IMG/VR virus record: IMGVR_UViG_3300025889_000149
Location: 1-55,498 of that record
Source: a virus
Lineage: Duplodnaviria; Caudoviricetes
Length of the DNA stretch: 55,498 bases
Reading direction: 5' to 3' (one strand)
The position numbers and the translations under genes are program-made. Numbering within the stretch: position 1 is the stretch's first letter; each line of letters begins with the position of its first letter. Of this stretch, positions 18,051 to 27,056 are shown in pieces. Under the pieces are notes generated by a model, which was given only the letters and a program-made list of their open reading frames with translations, was not told the DNA's origin and did not search any database.

Positions 18051-19705
18051 CGTGTGTTTCTGATTACTAATTTTCTAAACTCTTTAATAATCTTTTCTTC
18101 AGCACCATTCATGTCTGAGAACTCAAAGTATCTACTCTTACCGAATATCTTATTCATCAATACTCTTGGACTGTATCTAAGTATTCTCCTAGATGTTAAC
18201 ATGATACACATCACATGAGGATTATTTCGTCTCACTTTAAGTAATGATTTCTTTGTCAATGATACCATCTGCATATCACTAAGTTTGTATTTCTTACTTC
18301 TATATTCTGGCTTACCATCTGTCAACATGATTAAGAGTTTCTTTCTACCTTTCATCTTGTTTAACTGCATTGAAGAGTATTCAAGTGCTAAATGTGTAGG
18401 TGTTAAACCATATCCAGTTTTGAATGTAATGTATTTACAATCTTCGTATGACTTTATCTCTGTAATACCTACATCTCCCATACTATTAGACCCCCATACA
18501 TTAGCCCTTAACTCAATACCTTTTTGGTTACTCAATCCTTTGAATAAACTTGCGACAAAGTTTCTGGCTTTCTCCATGTTGTTATCAAAGTTAACCATAG
18601 ATCCAGACCCATCAATAGATATGACAATAGATACACCCTTATCTATCTTATCAGTTAACATTACCTCAGTCCTATCCTTACCATTTACTTTGTTATCTAT
18701 GTATTGTTCTACATCTACTTCATAGCCATCATGACTATGTTTAACAGTCTTCAACTCATGTATCTTTGTTAGGAATTTTCTGATTCCAATTTCAATCTTT
18801 GGATTTACTGTGACAGTATCTTTACCTCTGCGTATCATGGTAAACTTTCTGTTAAGTTGTGGTTTTTCACTGTTCGCTTTCTCTGCTATTGTCTCTGCTA
18901 TATTATCTATAACATCGTTATACTCTGATCTGTCTTCTTTTAATGATTCTTCTAGTTCTATTTCCTCAGTCAATTCTTCTTTTTTCTCTATGTCTTTAAT
19001 CATTTCCTCATCAATATCTGATAACGGAGATGATGAACTACTATTAATATCAGGTATATCAGGTCTAGGCTGTCCTCTCTTCTCTACATTTCTATTCTTA
19101 TACCATTCTTCAATGTATGGTTTCAAATAGTTTAATATCTTGACAGTACCAAACTTACCAGTACCAACAACAATACCCAATGCATAAGAATATACATCTG
19201 CATATTCGCTAGTTACCAAGTCGTCTCTGTAAAATCTCTGTCTTAAAAGTATACCATCAGGTTGATTAGTGTCATCTATTCTCATTCCCTTTCCTAGTTT
19301 TTTTCTAGTAGAAACAAATCTAGATTCATTTGCTCTCCATATATCAGCTACAAAAGCCTCAATACGTTGATCTTCAATTATATTAAAACAAGACCAGTAT
19401 ACACCTTTAAGGAATGGATCTTCAGTCCACTTTGCTATCATATCTTTTACTGGTGTGAATAAAGATTCCCCAAGTATGTGACCACACTCATGTGATAACG
19501 CTGTTATACGTGATATGTTTTTCTGAGCAGGGTTTGATATGTTCATTTGATAAGAGTTAATACCATCTCTAGTACCATTCCATGCGACAAAATTATCTCC
19601 ACTAAAGTTTGTAAGGTTAACCTTACAATCCTTAGCGTACTCTACAATGTCTACAACATTTCTAAAGTATTCACTGTCTGATAATATCTCTCTGTTACGA
19701 GCCAT
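18047..19705 (-). CDS. vWA-domain protein with N-terminal HExxH region (CobT-like partner of MoxR ATPase)
   Basis: HECGH, FNIIEDQRIE, acidic linker, MIDAS DGSGS, TP, MLTDG. Confidence 0.85.
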   Translation of the reverse strand: MARNREILSDSEYFRNVVDIVEYAKDCKVNLTNFSGDNFVAWNGTRDGINSYQMNISNPAQKNISRITALSHECGHILGESLFTPVKDMIAKWTEDPFLKGVYWSCFNIIEDQRIEAFVADIWRANESRFVSTRKKLGKGMRIDDTNQPDGILLRQRFYRDDLVTSEYADVYSYALGIVVGTGKFGTVKILNYLKPYIEEWYKNRNVEKRGQPRPDIPDINSSSSSPLSDIDEEMIKDIEKKEELTEEIELEESLKEDRSEYNDVIDNIAETIAEKANSEKPQLNRKFTMIRRGKDTVTVNPKIEIGIRKFLTKIHELKTVKHSHDGYEVDVEQYIDNKVNGKDRTEVMLTDKIDKGVSIVISIDGSGSMVNFDNNMEKARNFVASLFKGLSNQKGIELRANVWGSNSMGDVGITEIKSYEDCKYITFKTGYGLTPTHLALEYSSMQLNKMKGRKKLLIMLTDGKPEYRSKKYKLSDMQMVSLTKKSLLKVRRNNPHVMCIMLTSRRILRYSPRVLMNKIFGKSRYFEFSDMNGAEEKIIKEFRKLVIRNTR

Positions 19706-20614
19706 CTATTTCACATTAGTTCCAAATATCTCATTGATTCTAGCAGTGATTAGCTCACGCTCTTCAACCTCAGAGTATTTTGCGATGATTACTTGCTTCA
19801 AGGAATATGTCAGTGCCATTAATGGTTCTAACTCTTTGTGTAACATTCTGTAATACTCACAGAATTGGTCTATGTCTCTAGGAGATAATACATACTCAAC
19901 ATCGCCTTTCATTCTCAATGCGTGAGTTTCCTGAGCCAGTGTTAACAATGGTCTCTTTATTGTATTCTCTTCAACACCATCCCAATCGATGATATTCTCT
20001 AGTTGTTTACTTGTTGGGTATGTAAGTATGTCTCCAATCATTCTACTTCTCAAGTCTTCTGTCAATGAGTTTACACCTGAGTATGTAATAGGATTCATAG
20101 TACCAACTATAACAAGTCTACATCCCTCATTAAGTTTGTAGATTTTATTATTTGCTACTACTGATCTTCTCTTATCGAATGGTCTGTTCAATAACTTCAT
20201 TATGTCATGCTGATTAGCATTTAGTTCATCAAGGTATAGAACACATACACCATACTTATTTGCAACTTCATAGGAAATAGGTAATACACCTAACTCAAAG
20301 AATGATCCATCATCATTTATCTGAGTCCTACCCAGTAAGTCTCCCTTGTTAGTGTTTGAACTACAAGAAAACTCTACCAATGGATAGCCTAACTTTCTGC
20401 ATAGAGTATAGACTAACAGTGTTTTACCAACACCCTTGTCTCCCTCTATCAAGTATGGCATAGTACCATATTTGAATGTGAGCTCGAGTAACTTCATCTC
20501 GTCTCCAACTGGAATGTACTCTCCCCAATTAGCCAAGTTCTTTGGATCGTATTGGTCAAAGTCTATCTCTGCGTTTGGTACGCAGATTTTTTTATTTTTG
20601 TTTACATCAGTCAT
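19706..20614 (-). CDS. MoxR/CbbQ/CobS-type AAA+ ATPase
   Basis: GDKGVGKT, LYLDELN, GTMNP..Y.G, LRSR, SPR; adjacent to vWA gene; likely start ATG 20614. Confidence 0.9.
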   Translation of the reverse strand: MTDVNKNKKICVPNAEIDFDQYDPKNLANWGEYIPVGDEMKLLELTFKYGTMPYLIEGDKGVGKTLLVYTLCRKLGYPLVEFSCSSNTNKGDLLGRTQINDDGSFFELGVLPISYEVANKYGVCVLYLDELNANQHDIMKLLNRPFDKRRSVVANNKIYKLNEGCRLVIVGTMNPITYSGVNSLTEDLRSRMIGDILTYPTSKQLENIIDWDGVEENTIKRPLLTLAQETHALRMKGDVEYVLSPRDIDQFCEYYRMLHKELEPLMALTYSLKQVIIAKYSEVEERELITARINEIFGTNVK

Positions 20615-20619
20615 TATAA

Positions 20620-20922
20620 TTATTCCTCGTGATAATCCCACCAGCTTCCCTCAGCCCATCCCATACATTCACACTGTTGACGTATACCATTATGGTCTGT
20701 ATATGCAACTGCATCACATGCATGAGCAACTTCTCCATTAGCATCATATTCAATCTGATTATATTCAAAATCTCCCTCTTCATTTAAAGGTTTACTTGTG
20801 TCACGAATTTCTAATTCTTTATCAGTTTCGTAATGCATATCCCAAGTGTGTCCACATCTGGCACACTTTGGATTATAACCATCACACATACTGTCTGTTA
20901 CACCACATGGTAGACTACTCAT
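20620..20922 (-). CDS. Zinc-binding hypothetical protein
   Basis: CARCGH...H...C...CEC, same ligand layout as microprotein 1563..1709. Confidence 0.6.
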   Translation of the reverse strand: MSSLPCGVTDSMCDGYNPKCARCGHTWDMHYETDKELEIRDTSKPLNEEGDFEYNQIEYDANGEVAHACDAVAYTDHNGIRQQCECMGWAEGSWWDYHEE

Positions 20923-21044
20923 CTTGATCTGTTCCTCTGTATATTCATACAGTTATCAATACCATTTAGTTCACACTCAGCACACTTACGTGTTTCTTTG
21001 AAGTAATGCTCGAATGACTGTCGGCATGTTCTACATTTTGACAT
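20919..21044 (-). CDS. 41-aa CxxC-CxxC microprotein (not in ORF track)
   Basis: MSKCRTC...KCAEC; translationally coupled on both sides. Confidence 0.6.
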   Translation of the reverse strand: MSKCRTCRQSFEHYFKETRKCAECELNGIDNCMNIQRNRSR

Positions 21045-21187
21045 CAATCTAAATCGTACCTCATTTCCATATAGCTTGGTTCTGGACTGTATACTTCTGC
21101 ATTAGTTTCCTCTGCATATTCATCGAGCCAGTCCTTAAAAAAACGCACGATGAAATTATTCCAAATGAATAACTTTACATGATTCAT
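21044..21187 (-). CDS. 47-aa microprotein, first gene after promoter B1 (not in ORF track)
   Basis: ATG 22 nt from the TATA of promoter B1; TGATG coupling to next gene. Confidence 0.6.
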   Translation of the reverse strand: MNHVKLFIWNNFIVRFFKDWLDEYAEETNAEVYSPEPSYMEMRYDLD

Positions 21188-21238
21188 ATCTACTAATAGT
21201 CGTTAAGATATATAAACATAGATTTGAAGAAAAATAAT

Positions 21239-21391
21239 AAAGTAGGTAGGCGTGCCTGTTCTTCAATGAGCCAGAGCCCATTCTGAAAACGCCTCGTTCG
21301 TAAGTTATGTATCTCTGTATTTTTTTTTTGGACTCATGCGTATGACCTGAGCCACTCTCGTCTTTTCGAGCACCTTGAGATCCTACTCTAT
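21239..21391 (-). ncRNA. ~150-nt structured ncRNA candidate expressed from promoter B2
   Basis: No ORF; stems AGAGUAGG/CCUACUUU, AUCUC/GAGAU, CUCG/CGAG, GGCUCA/UGAGUC, AGGCGU/ACGCCU, AAUGGGC/GCUCAUU; internal A10; ends in U-rich tract. Confidence 0.65.
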
Positions 21392-21458
21392 ACCATTACT
21401 ATTGTTCTTATGATATTTAAACATATATTTGAAGCTTATGAATGATAGATTCATTCTG

Positions 21459-21574
21459 TTTTTTACTATTTTTTACTCTGATAATCAATGCATATAACGC
21501 TGTTGTAAAAACTATTTTTTTACTATTTTTTTACTATTTTTTTACTTTTTTTTACACTGGTTTTTTATTTTTTT
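21459..21574. repeat. T-rich tract with imperfect tandem TTTTTTACT(A) repeats
   Basis: About six T(5-8)AC(T) units; non-coding; adjoins motif C and repeat A1. Confidence 0.75.
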
Positions 21575-21658
21575 CACTCGTGTACAACTCATGCACACAT
21601 GCATGCGTGACATCGACATTCTTATATACCCCTATCTGTTCCAGTCACGCAAAAAAAA

Positions 21659-22126
21659 TTAAAGCCAGACTGGTATGGATCTGTTAGTCCACTTGTGTAA
21701 GTGCTGTTTGTTTGTACGATAGTAAGTACGATAAGATTCTATAACGTCGTTATTAACTTTACATTCGTCTGGCATTGCACGAGCCCATCGAGTCAAACCA
21801 ATGTCAGGTATGTCAGGCTCAGGTAATGACATGACAACATCATAAGACTTGTGATTGTTGTATTTGTTATATCTATACTTGTATTCATTATTCAATGCAA
21901 TTACCAAGTCACGTAACCAACGCCAGTTAGATAAAGAATCACGTAACCATCTATTACATGGATGGTTAACGTGTGACTTCTTGTATGGTATAACACCGTT
22001 ATAGCCAGTCTCATGTAAACAAGTGCAAAGCATTTGAGCAGACTCTAGTATCATCTTAACCACATGTCTGTCACAATGTGCACGAGCACATGCATCTATG
22101 TCATTATCTAAAACAAAAATGTTCAT
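21659..22126 (-). CDS. Pyrimidine-dimer DNA glycosylase/endonuclease V-like family protein
   Basis: MNIFVLD...HCDRHVVKMILESAQML...NHP...EY..RY...H. Confidence 0.75.
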   Translation of the reverse strand: MNIFVLDNDIDACARAHCDRHVVKMILESAQMLCTCLHETGYNGVIPYKKSHVNHPCNRWLRDSLSNWRWLRDLVIALNNEYKYRYNKYNNHKSYDVVMSLPEPDIPDIGLTRWARAMPDECKVNNDVIESYRTYYRTNKQHLHKWTNRSIPVWL

Positions 22127-22437
22127 AGTAATTGATACGCTTTTCTCATACTTAAGCCTAACTTTGAAGCGTATCTAATATACTCTGATACATTAGAGAG
22201 ACTATGCCCTTGCTCTAACATGAGCCAAATCACACGAGCTAAGTATCTATTGTTGACCCCCGAAGTCTTCAATACTTTCTCAGTGCTTACTCTAGTAAAA
22301 CTAGAGGGAAGAGCAAGGACATGCTCTGAAGTTATGTAACCTAGCACATGAGCCAGAGCTAGGTAAGGACACTGATAACTGTATACTATTGTATCAGCCT
22401 CATCCAGTGCATTAGTGATATATTCTATGTCATTCAT
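22123..22437 (-). CDS. Hypothetical protein
   Basis: Translationally coupled ORF in the B3 operon. Confidence 0.6.
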   Translation of the reverse strand: MNDIEYITNALDEADTIVYSYQCPYLALAHVLGYITSEHVLALPSSFTRVSTEKVLKTSGVNNRYLARVIWLMLEQGHSLSNVSEYIRYASKLGLSMRKAYQLL

Positions 22438-22603
22438 TTTGTCTTTTCTCCATTACTTCTTTAACATGTCGACATGTATGTCTATACTTGTAACCAATAC
22501 AGTCACATGATATAACACCGTTATCAATAGAGACAAAGTGTGAAGACTCTGGATTACTCCTAGAGTCACACTGGAATAGAGTTTCAGATAGTTGCTGTAT
22601 CAT
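22430..22603 (-). CDS. 57-aa SWIM zinc finger protein (not in ORF track)
   Basis: SRS....H.V......SCDC.GY.YR.TCRH; overlaps both neighbours. Confidence 0.7.
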   Translation of the reverse strand: MIQQLSETLFQCDSRSNPESSHFVSIDNGVISCDCIGYKYRHTCRHVKEVMEKRQNE

Positions 22604-22902
22604 ATCCTAAAGTCCTTTTCCTTGTCTTTAAGTATCTTAAACCCAGTGACTTCTTGTGCATCCTCAAGCAAGGCATAGAATACGTCACTGTATTCTCTAA
22701 CTGCCATCTTGTCAAGGATTTTGTATTCCATGATTACAATGCCACACAAGTCAGACCATCCAACCTTTCTATTCATACGTCTTAATATGTCACTGGTACG
22801 TTTGGACAACATGATACCATCCTCAGTTTTTTTGACACGCTTTAATATGCCGATAGAAATCATCTCATCGATGATAACGTGTAGCTTCTTAGAGTCTACC
22901 AT
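22600..22902 (-). CDS. Hypothetical protein
   Basis: Coupled ORF in the B3 operon. Confidence 0.6.
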   Translation of the reverse strand: MVDSKKLHVIIDEMISIGILKRVKKTEDGIMLSKRTSDILRRMNRKVGWSDLCGIVIMEYKILDKMAVREYSDVFYALLEDAQEVTGFKILKDKEKDFRI

Positions 22903-23697
22903 TTATACCATCTCCCAACTTCTATCATCATCACTGTCTAACGTGGATTGACCTTTCTTAAGTTTGTCATAAAACTTAGAATACCATTCCATATCCGATA
23001 GTACCTCGTCTTCTTCGTCTTGATTTTCGATTGTGATTGTGTCTCCCATGTATTCGTCTTCTTGTGACCATGCTGTTTGAAACCACATGTTTTCGTCGTT
23101 TTTTTTGAATGTTTTCTTACTGTCATTACTGGATTTAACAAAGTAGTTATTACTACATTTGTTACCATCGACAGTGACCCATCCATCTCCGAAACGTCTG
23201 ATACCATTGATGTCTAACACTGTTATTTTGTTACGACCCTCAATTAGATTGAGTATGTTCTCTCCATAAGCATCGGCTAATGTAGCCATGCATCTAGAGT
23301 CAGACCAATCAGCACCATCTCCCAACTGAATCTTACCAGCTAATACACCTTGAGCTAACCACTCACGCCAGTCAGACCATGTACCATTATGAAACAGAAC
23401 CTTATCAGTTTCTCCCTCAAGTGTCAATGGCACACCAGTTTCCACTGGAAATGGATGGCATAGTTGATGGTTTACATTACCAACCGATGCGATTCTAAAG
23501 TGGATGATAGCAGGTAGTTTTACAACACCGTTATCAATCAAGGCTTGGATAGTAGTTGCATCTACACCTTTACGATAAGATACAGTACCTTTCTCATTGA
23601 GCCATGCTATACCAGCACCATGAGAGTTTAGAGCCTCAGCATCTCTCATAGTCTCGTATGTTGGGAACTTGTCGTCACAAGAAATGATTACACACAT
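22903..23697 (-). CDS. Class II (Ntn) glutamine amidotransferase
   Basis: N-terminal MC nucleophile, N.HGAG, HFRIASVG, HPF, FHNG, SDS. Confidence 0.85.
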   Translation of the reverse strand: MCVIISCDDKFPTYETMRDAEALNSHGAGIAWLNEKGTVSYRKGVDATTIQALIDNGVVKLPAIIHFRIASVGNVNHQLCHPFPVETGVPLTLEGETDKVLFHNGTWSDWREWLAQGVLAGKIQLGDGADWSDSRCMATLADAYGENILNLIEGRNKITVLDINGIRRFGDGWVTVDGNKCSNNYFVKSSNDSKKTFKKNDENMWFQTAWSQEDEYMGDTITIENQDEEDEVLSDMEWYSKFYDKLKKGQSTLDSDDDRSWEMV

Positions 23698-24875
23698 ATC
23701 TCACAACCCCCCTCGAATATTGGTTCGTCAGCATTGTCAGCTAGGTAAGTGTTTACGATGTCGTAAAACTCATGGATAGCAGACTTTGCTATTCGTGACT
23801 CGTTGAATGTTGGTAAGAGTCTAGACTCTAGTGTCTCATGTAGTTCGTAACAGTAGTTAAGCATACAGTATCTCTCAGAGATTCTACGTGATGCTCTGAA
23901 TTGTGCCATCGCTTTGAATGATTTTCTAGCATAGTATACATTACCAGCTAGTCTATTCCAGAAGCGTGAGCCCTCATTGATATTGTTACGCATAGCCCAC
24001 TCTTGGTAACGCTTTAGATAGTATCTAAAGAATCTAGGAGTCATAAGTTTACCATAGGCTAGCTTGTCTCCGTTTGTGGAAATATGCACATGTATGCCAC
24101 ATGAAGAGTCCATTCTGTCTGGATAATGTTTATCAATCCATTTGTCAATCTCGTCAATAGGTACTGCATCACTGTTAGTTTCTCCAGCAAAGGGATTACA
24201 GTCACAAGCATCCTCGTCACAATGACATGAGATGTCTCTTAAACTGTCATTAACAGAGCCATCCCTATACATGTCGTCAGTCTTGACACGCCATGCACCC
24301 TCAATCTCAACGCCAGTCAATGAGACACCGTTGATACTTTTTGATATAAGACCATCTTTGCTAATCTTATAACCATTCAAGGATTTCTTGACTTTTTTAA
24401 TACCAAAGTGCTTGGAAACAAAGAGCGTGTTGACTCTTATATTAGATGCACCGATGGCACTGGCATACATGTTAATGACACTTGTTAAGTAGTCAACCAA
24501 TGCACGCTGTAATGAATTTCTGTATTTGGTATACATAGTTTCAGGCACGACCATTTTATAGACACAATGCTGAATTCCACTAGCCATTGAGTAGGCACTG
24601 TATGGCAAATTTATTTTACCATCGTTACCATTTCTGAATAAGTTACCCATGTGACAAACATCCTCAACATTGACAGTCATATAACTGTAGGAATCGATAA
24701 GTGCTGTCTGTCTCACTTTCTCGATAACTGGTAGTGCCAATCTAAGGAATTCAGACTTAGTAATTAATTCTAAGCCAGCATTAGTACGCTCAATACTAAC
24801 AGAAAAATCAATGTCTATTGGTAAGACACCGTTAGTAAGACGTGATGCTTGTGTAAGCAATTCGATTTGACTCAT
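23688..24875 (-). CDS. Putative amidoligase (COOH-NH2 ligase, Amidoligase_2-like)
   Basis: GVEIE, DGS, GE, CGIHVH, RY..LN, E.R; start reassigned to ATG 24875, 23 nt from promoter B3. Confidence 0.75.
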   Translation of the reverse strand: MSQIELLTQASRLTNGVLPIDIDFSVSIERTNAGLELITKSEFLRLALPVIEKVRQTALIDSYSYMTVNVEDVCHMGNLFRNGNDGKINLPYSAYSMASGIQHCVYKMVVPETMYTKYRNSLQRALVDYLTSVINMYASAIGASNIRVNTLFVSKHFGIKKVKKSLNGYKISKDGLISKSINGVSLTGVEIEGAWRVKTDDMYRDGSVNDSLRDISCHCDEDACDCNPFAGETNSDAVPIDEIDKWIDKHYPDRMDSSCGIHVHISTNGDKLAYGKLMTPRFFRYYLKRYQEWAMRNNINEGSRFWNRLAGNVYYARKSFKAMAQFRASRRISERYCMLNYCYELHETLESRLLPTFNESRIAKSAIHEFYDIVNTYLADNADEPIFEGGCEICV

Positions 24876-25261
24876 GAAGTAGTAAACGTCGTTATCATAT
24901 ATAAGTCGATATTTGAAGACCATTACACATACCAATTAGCCATACAATAGACAATGATAAATACCCCTATCTCCCCTATAAACCCCTCTAACCTCAATAT
25001 TGTTGTATAAACGTCTCATTCGATTCGTAAGGTAGAGCCTCATACAGCACGCACACGCACATAAAAAGAATTTTTTTTTATTTTCGTAATACAAACGCCA
25101 TCCCATCATAACTCTCGCGTACAACAGTTAATCTTATATACCCCTATTCGTCGTAGACATTCTTATATACCCCTACTTGTTCATAGTTAATCTTATAAAC
25201 CCCTACCTAATTCGACAATCTTATATAGCCCTACTTTGAGAACTATATAAAAAAAATGGGA

Positions 25262-25507
25262 TTAATAATCCCAATCGCCCGATGTACATTCAGGCTCGAT
25301 ACATGATTCTACGCCTGCATAATAGTTACCCTCTATACTTTCATACCATGCATGCTTTAAAGAACCCGAAAACTTTTCAGTCTCTTTAAGCATCATGATA
25401 TGATCTCTAAGGACTAACTTAGCAGAGATCATAGTATCGCACTTTTCGTTATAGTCAGGTAAACAGCCATGAATACCAGCCATAACGTGATAATGAAGCT
25501 TGCTCAT
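25262..25507 (-). CDS. Cassette microprotein (81 aa)
   Basis: Promoter B4 23 nt upstream; oligo(T) and four A repeats downstream. Confidence 0.75.
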   Translation of the reverse strand: MSKLHYHVMAGIHGCLPDYNEKCDTMISAKLVLRDHIMMLKETEKFSGSLKHAWYESIEGNYYAGVESCIEPECTSGDWDY

Positions 25508-25653
25508 TGTAATATATTATTTTTTTTCCTATATAAGACTTTATTTGAAGACCCCCTTAATCGTGTACAGACGTGTACGACCAACAATCTTATATACCCC
25601 TACCTGAATCAACAATCTTATATACCCCTATCTTTCCCCTGTTATAAAAAAAA

Positions 25654-25878
25654 TCAGTAGCTTCTATCGAAGCCATAATAATCGAGAACTCTATTAATCA
25701 TCTTACTAGATGTCATAGATGCTCGATTAATTGATAATACTTTCTTAGAACTTGTATCAAGTTCTAGAATAGTAGTACCATAGTGAATGACTTTAACAAA
25801 TTCGCCAGACTTTAACACAACTGAAGCCTTAACGCATTTGATGTCACTCACTGTAGTGAGGTTATCGAGAACGCTCAT
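25654..25878 (-). CDS. Cassette microprotein (74 aa)
   Basis: Promoter B5; HYGTTI...SMTSSKMINR; oligo(T) and two A repeats downstream. Confidence 0.75.
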   Translation of the reverse strand: MSVLDNLTTVSDIKCVKASVVLKSGEFVKVIHYGTTILELDTSSKKVLSINRASMTSSKMINRVLDYYGFDRSY

Positions 25879-25924
25879 AGTATACTAATAGTTAACATGA
25901 TATATAAACATAGATTTGAAGATT

Positions 25925-25975
25925 TTGGGTACTCAGCCTGACCTATCGAAGTCAGCGATAATGCCTTTTCCCTTT
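25925..25975 (-). ncRNA. ~50-nt structured RNA or leader after promoter B6
   Basis: No ATG; GGG/CCC and GGC/GCU stems around an AAAA/GAGUA internal loop, plus hairpin CUGACUU-CGAU-AGGUCAG. Confidence 0.5.
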
Positions 25976-26075
25976 GATTACTAATAGTTAACATAATATA
26001 TAAGCATTACTTTGAAGCCATGCTACCACCAATCTTATATACCCCTACTATTACCACGCCAAAAAAAAGAGAGGG

Positions 26076-26219
26076 TCACACAAACTCAGGAACGCCCTGT
26101 GTTGTGTTTCTACCCTGCACTCTGGCTTTAGAATGAAACTCTGTATGTCTTTTAACCCTTAAAGAAAAATCGGGGTCTGTCTCATCGAAGTGCATTGAGC
26201 ACAAAGAACAATTAGCCAT
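26076..26219 (-). CDS. 47-aa C2H2-like cassette microprotein (not in ORF track)
   Basis: MANCSLC...RHTEFH; promoter B7 22 nt upstream. Confidence 0.7.
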   Translation of the reverse strand: MANCSLCSMHFDETDPDFSLRVKRHTEFHSKARVQGRNTTQGVPEFV

Positions 26220-26316
26220 AAGTAACATTGGTCGTTATGATATATAAATATAGATATGAAGCCCTATCGTATCATCATTCTTAAATACCCCTACTATCCC
26301 TAATAATAAAAAAGAG

Positions 26317-26547
26317 TTAGAAGATCATCTCTTCATGGACTTGGATTTTAGACTTTGGATTTGTATGCATGATGTAATCGATGTATAGTTGTTTCAAAGT
26401 ATGATAAACCAAATAGATGCTCTTTTGGACATCATCATGGCTCATGTTATCTGTTGGAACAAACTTACCATCATCCATTCTACGACTTATCATCTTTAAC
26501 AAATCGCCACACGAATCTAATTCACGTTTTGAAACGGATGTTTCCAT
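26317..26547 (-). CDS. Cassette microprotein (76 aa)
   Basis: Promoter B8 23 nt upstream; oligo(T) and A repeat downstream. Confidence 0.75.
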   Translation of the reverse strand: METSVSKRELDSCGDLLKMISRRMDDGKFVPTDNMSHDDVQKSIYLVYHTLKQLYIDYIMHTNPKSKIQVHEEMIF

Positions 26548-26666
26548 ACTATACTAATAGTCCTCATACTATATAAACACATATTTGAAGCACTCGCATA
26601 CACATTACTAGCACCAATCTTATATACCCCTACATGTGAGTTACATTATAAAAAAAATGTTGAGGA

Positions 26667-26729
26667 TTACTCCTCACTATATGTGCCATCATAAGGATTT
26701 GGCTCGTAGTCTTCGTACATATCATCCAT
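26667..26729 (-). CDS. 20-aa acidic peptide MDDMYEDYEPNPYDGTYSEE (not in ORF track)
   Basis: ATG 22 nt from promoter B9; stop lies in hairpin TGAGGA-GTAA-TCCTCA followed by T8. Confidence 0.6.
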   Translation of the reverse strand: MDDMYEDYEPNPYDGTYSEE

Positions 26730-26894
26730 AATATACCATAGTCGTTATAATATATAAACACAGATATGAAGCATTTTTTTTATTTACACACACATATCAG
26801 CCCTAACAGTCGCGTACAGACGACAATCTTAAATACCCCTACTTGAATCAACAATCTTAAATACCCCTACTAGTGCTCTTTAATAAAAAAAGGC

Positions 26895-27056
26895 TTAAGA
26901 GTAATAGCCAGTATTAACACCGTCTATCTCTTTCTGTTCCATTCTTTCCATTCGTCTTTCTATTCTAGCGATAAGTATGCAACGCATTTTATCATCCAAG
27001 TCTTTATCAAAACTTATCTGACTTATTCGCTGACAGTCTAATTCGTATTGACTCAT
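26895..27056 (-). CDS. 53-aa cassette microprotein (not in ORF track)
   Basis: MSQYELDCQR...GYYS; promoter B10 22 nt upstream. Confidence 0.7.
   Translation of the reverse strand: MSQYELDCQRISQISFDKDLDDKMRCILIARIERRMERMEQKEIDGVNTGYYS

Noticed and set aside
18047-20614. cobS/cobT cobalamin auxiliary metabolic genes
   Set aside because: Only generic MoxR/vWA motifs are visible and cobN is absent, so gene symbols were withheld
21620-21650. Archaeal ORB element (G-string AGGGGT, nearby GTTCCAGT)
   Set aside because: Full ORB core (TCCAnTGGAAA) absent, the GTTCCAGT match is a single instance, and no Orc1/Cdc6 is encoded here
21442-21687. 81-aa Phe-rich ORF (likewise 11980-12219, 24936-25124, 25469-25660)
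   Set aside because: Translations of T-tract/repeat intergenic DNA; no promoter at the expected spacing
25132-25234. Four tandem A repeats as a mini-CRISPR array (a Cas4-like gene is present)
   Set aside because: 16-bp repeats with 12-14-bp spacers are too short, copies are dispersed at gene ends, and there are no other cas genes; solo Cas4 is common in archaeal viruses
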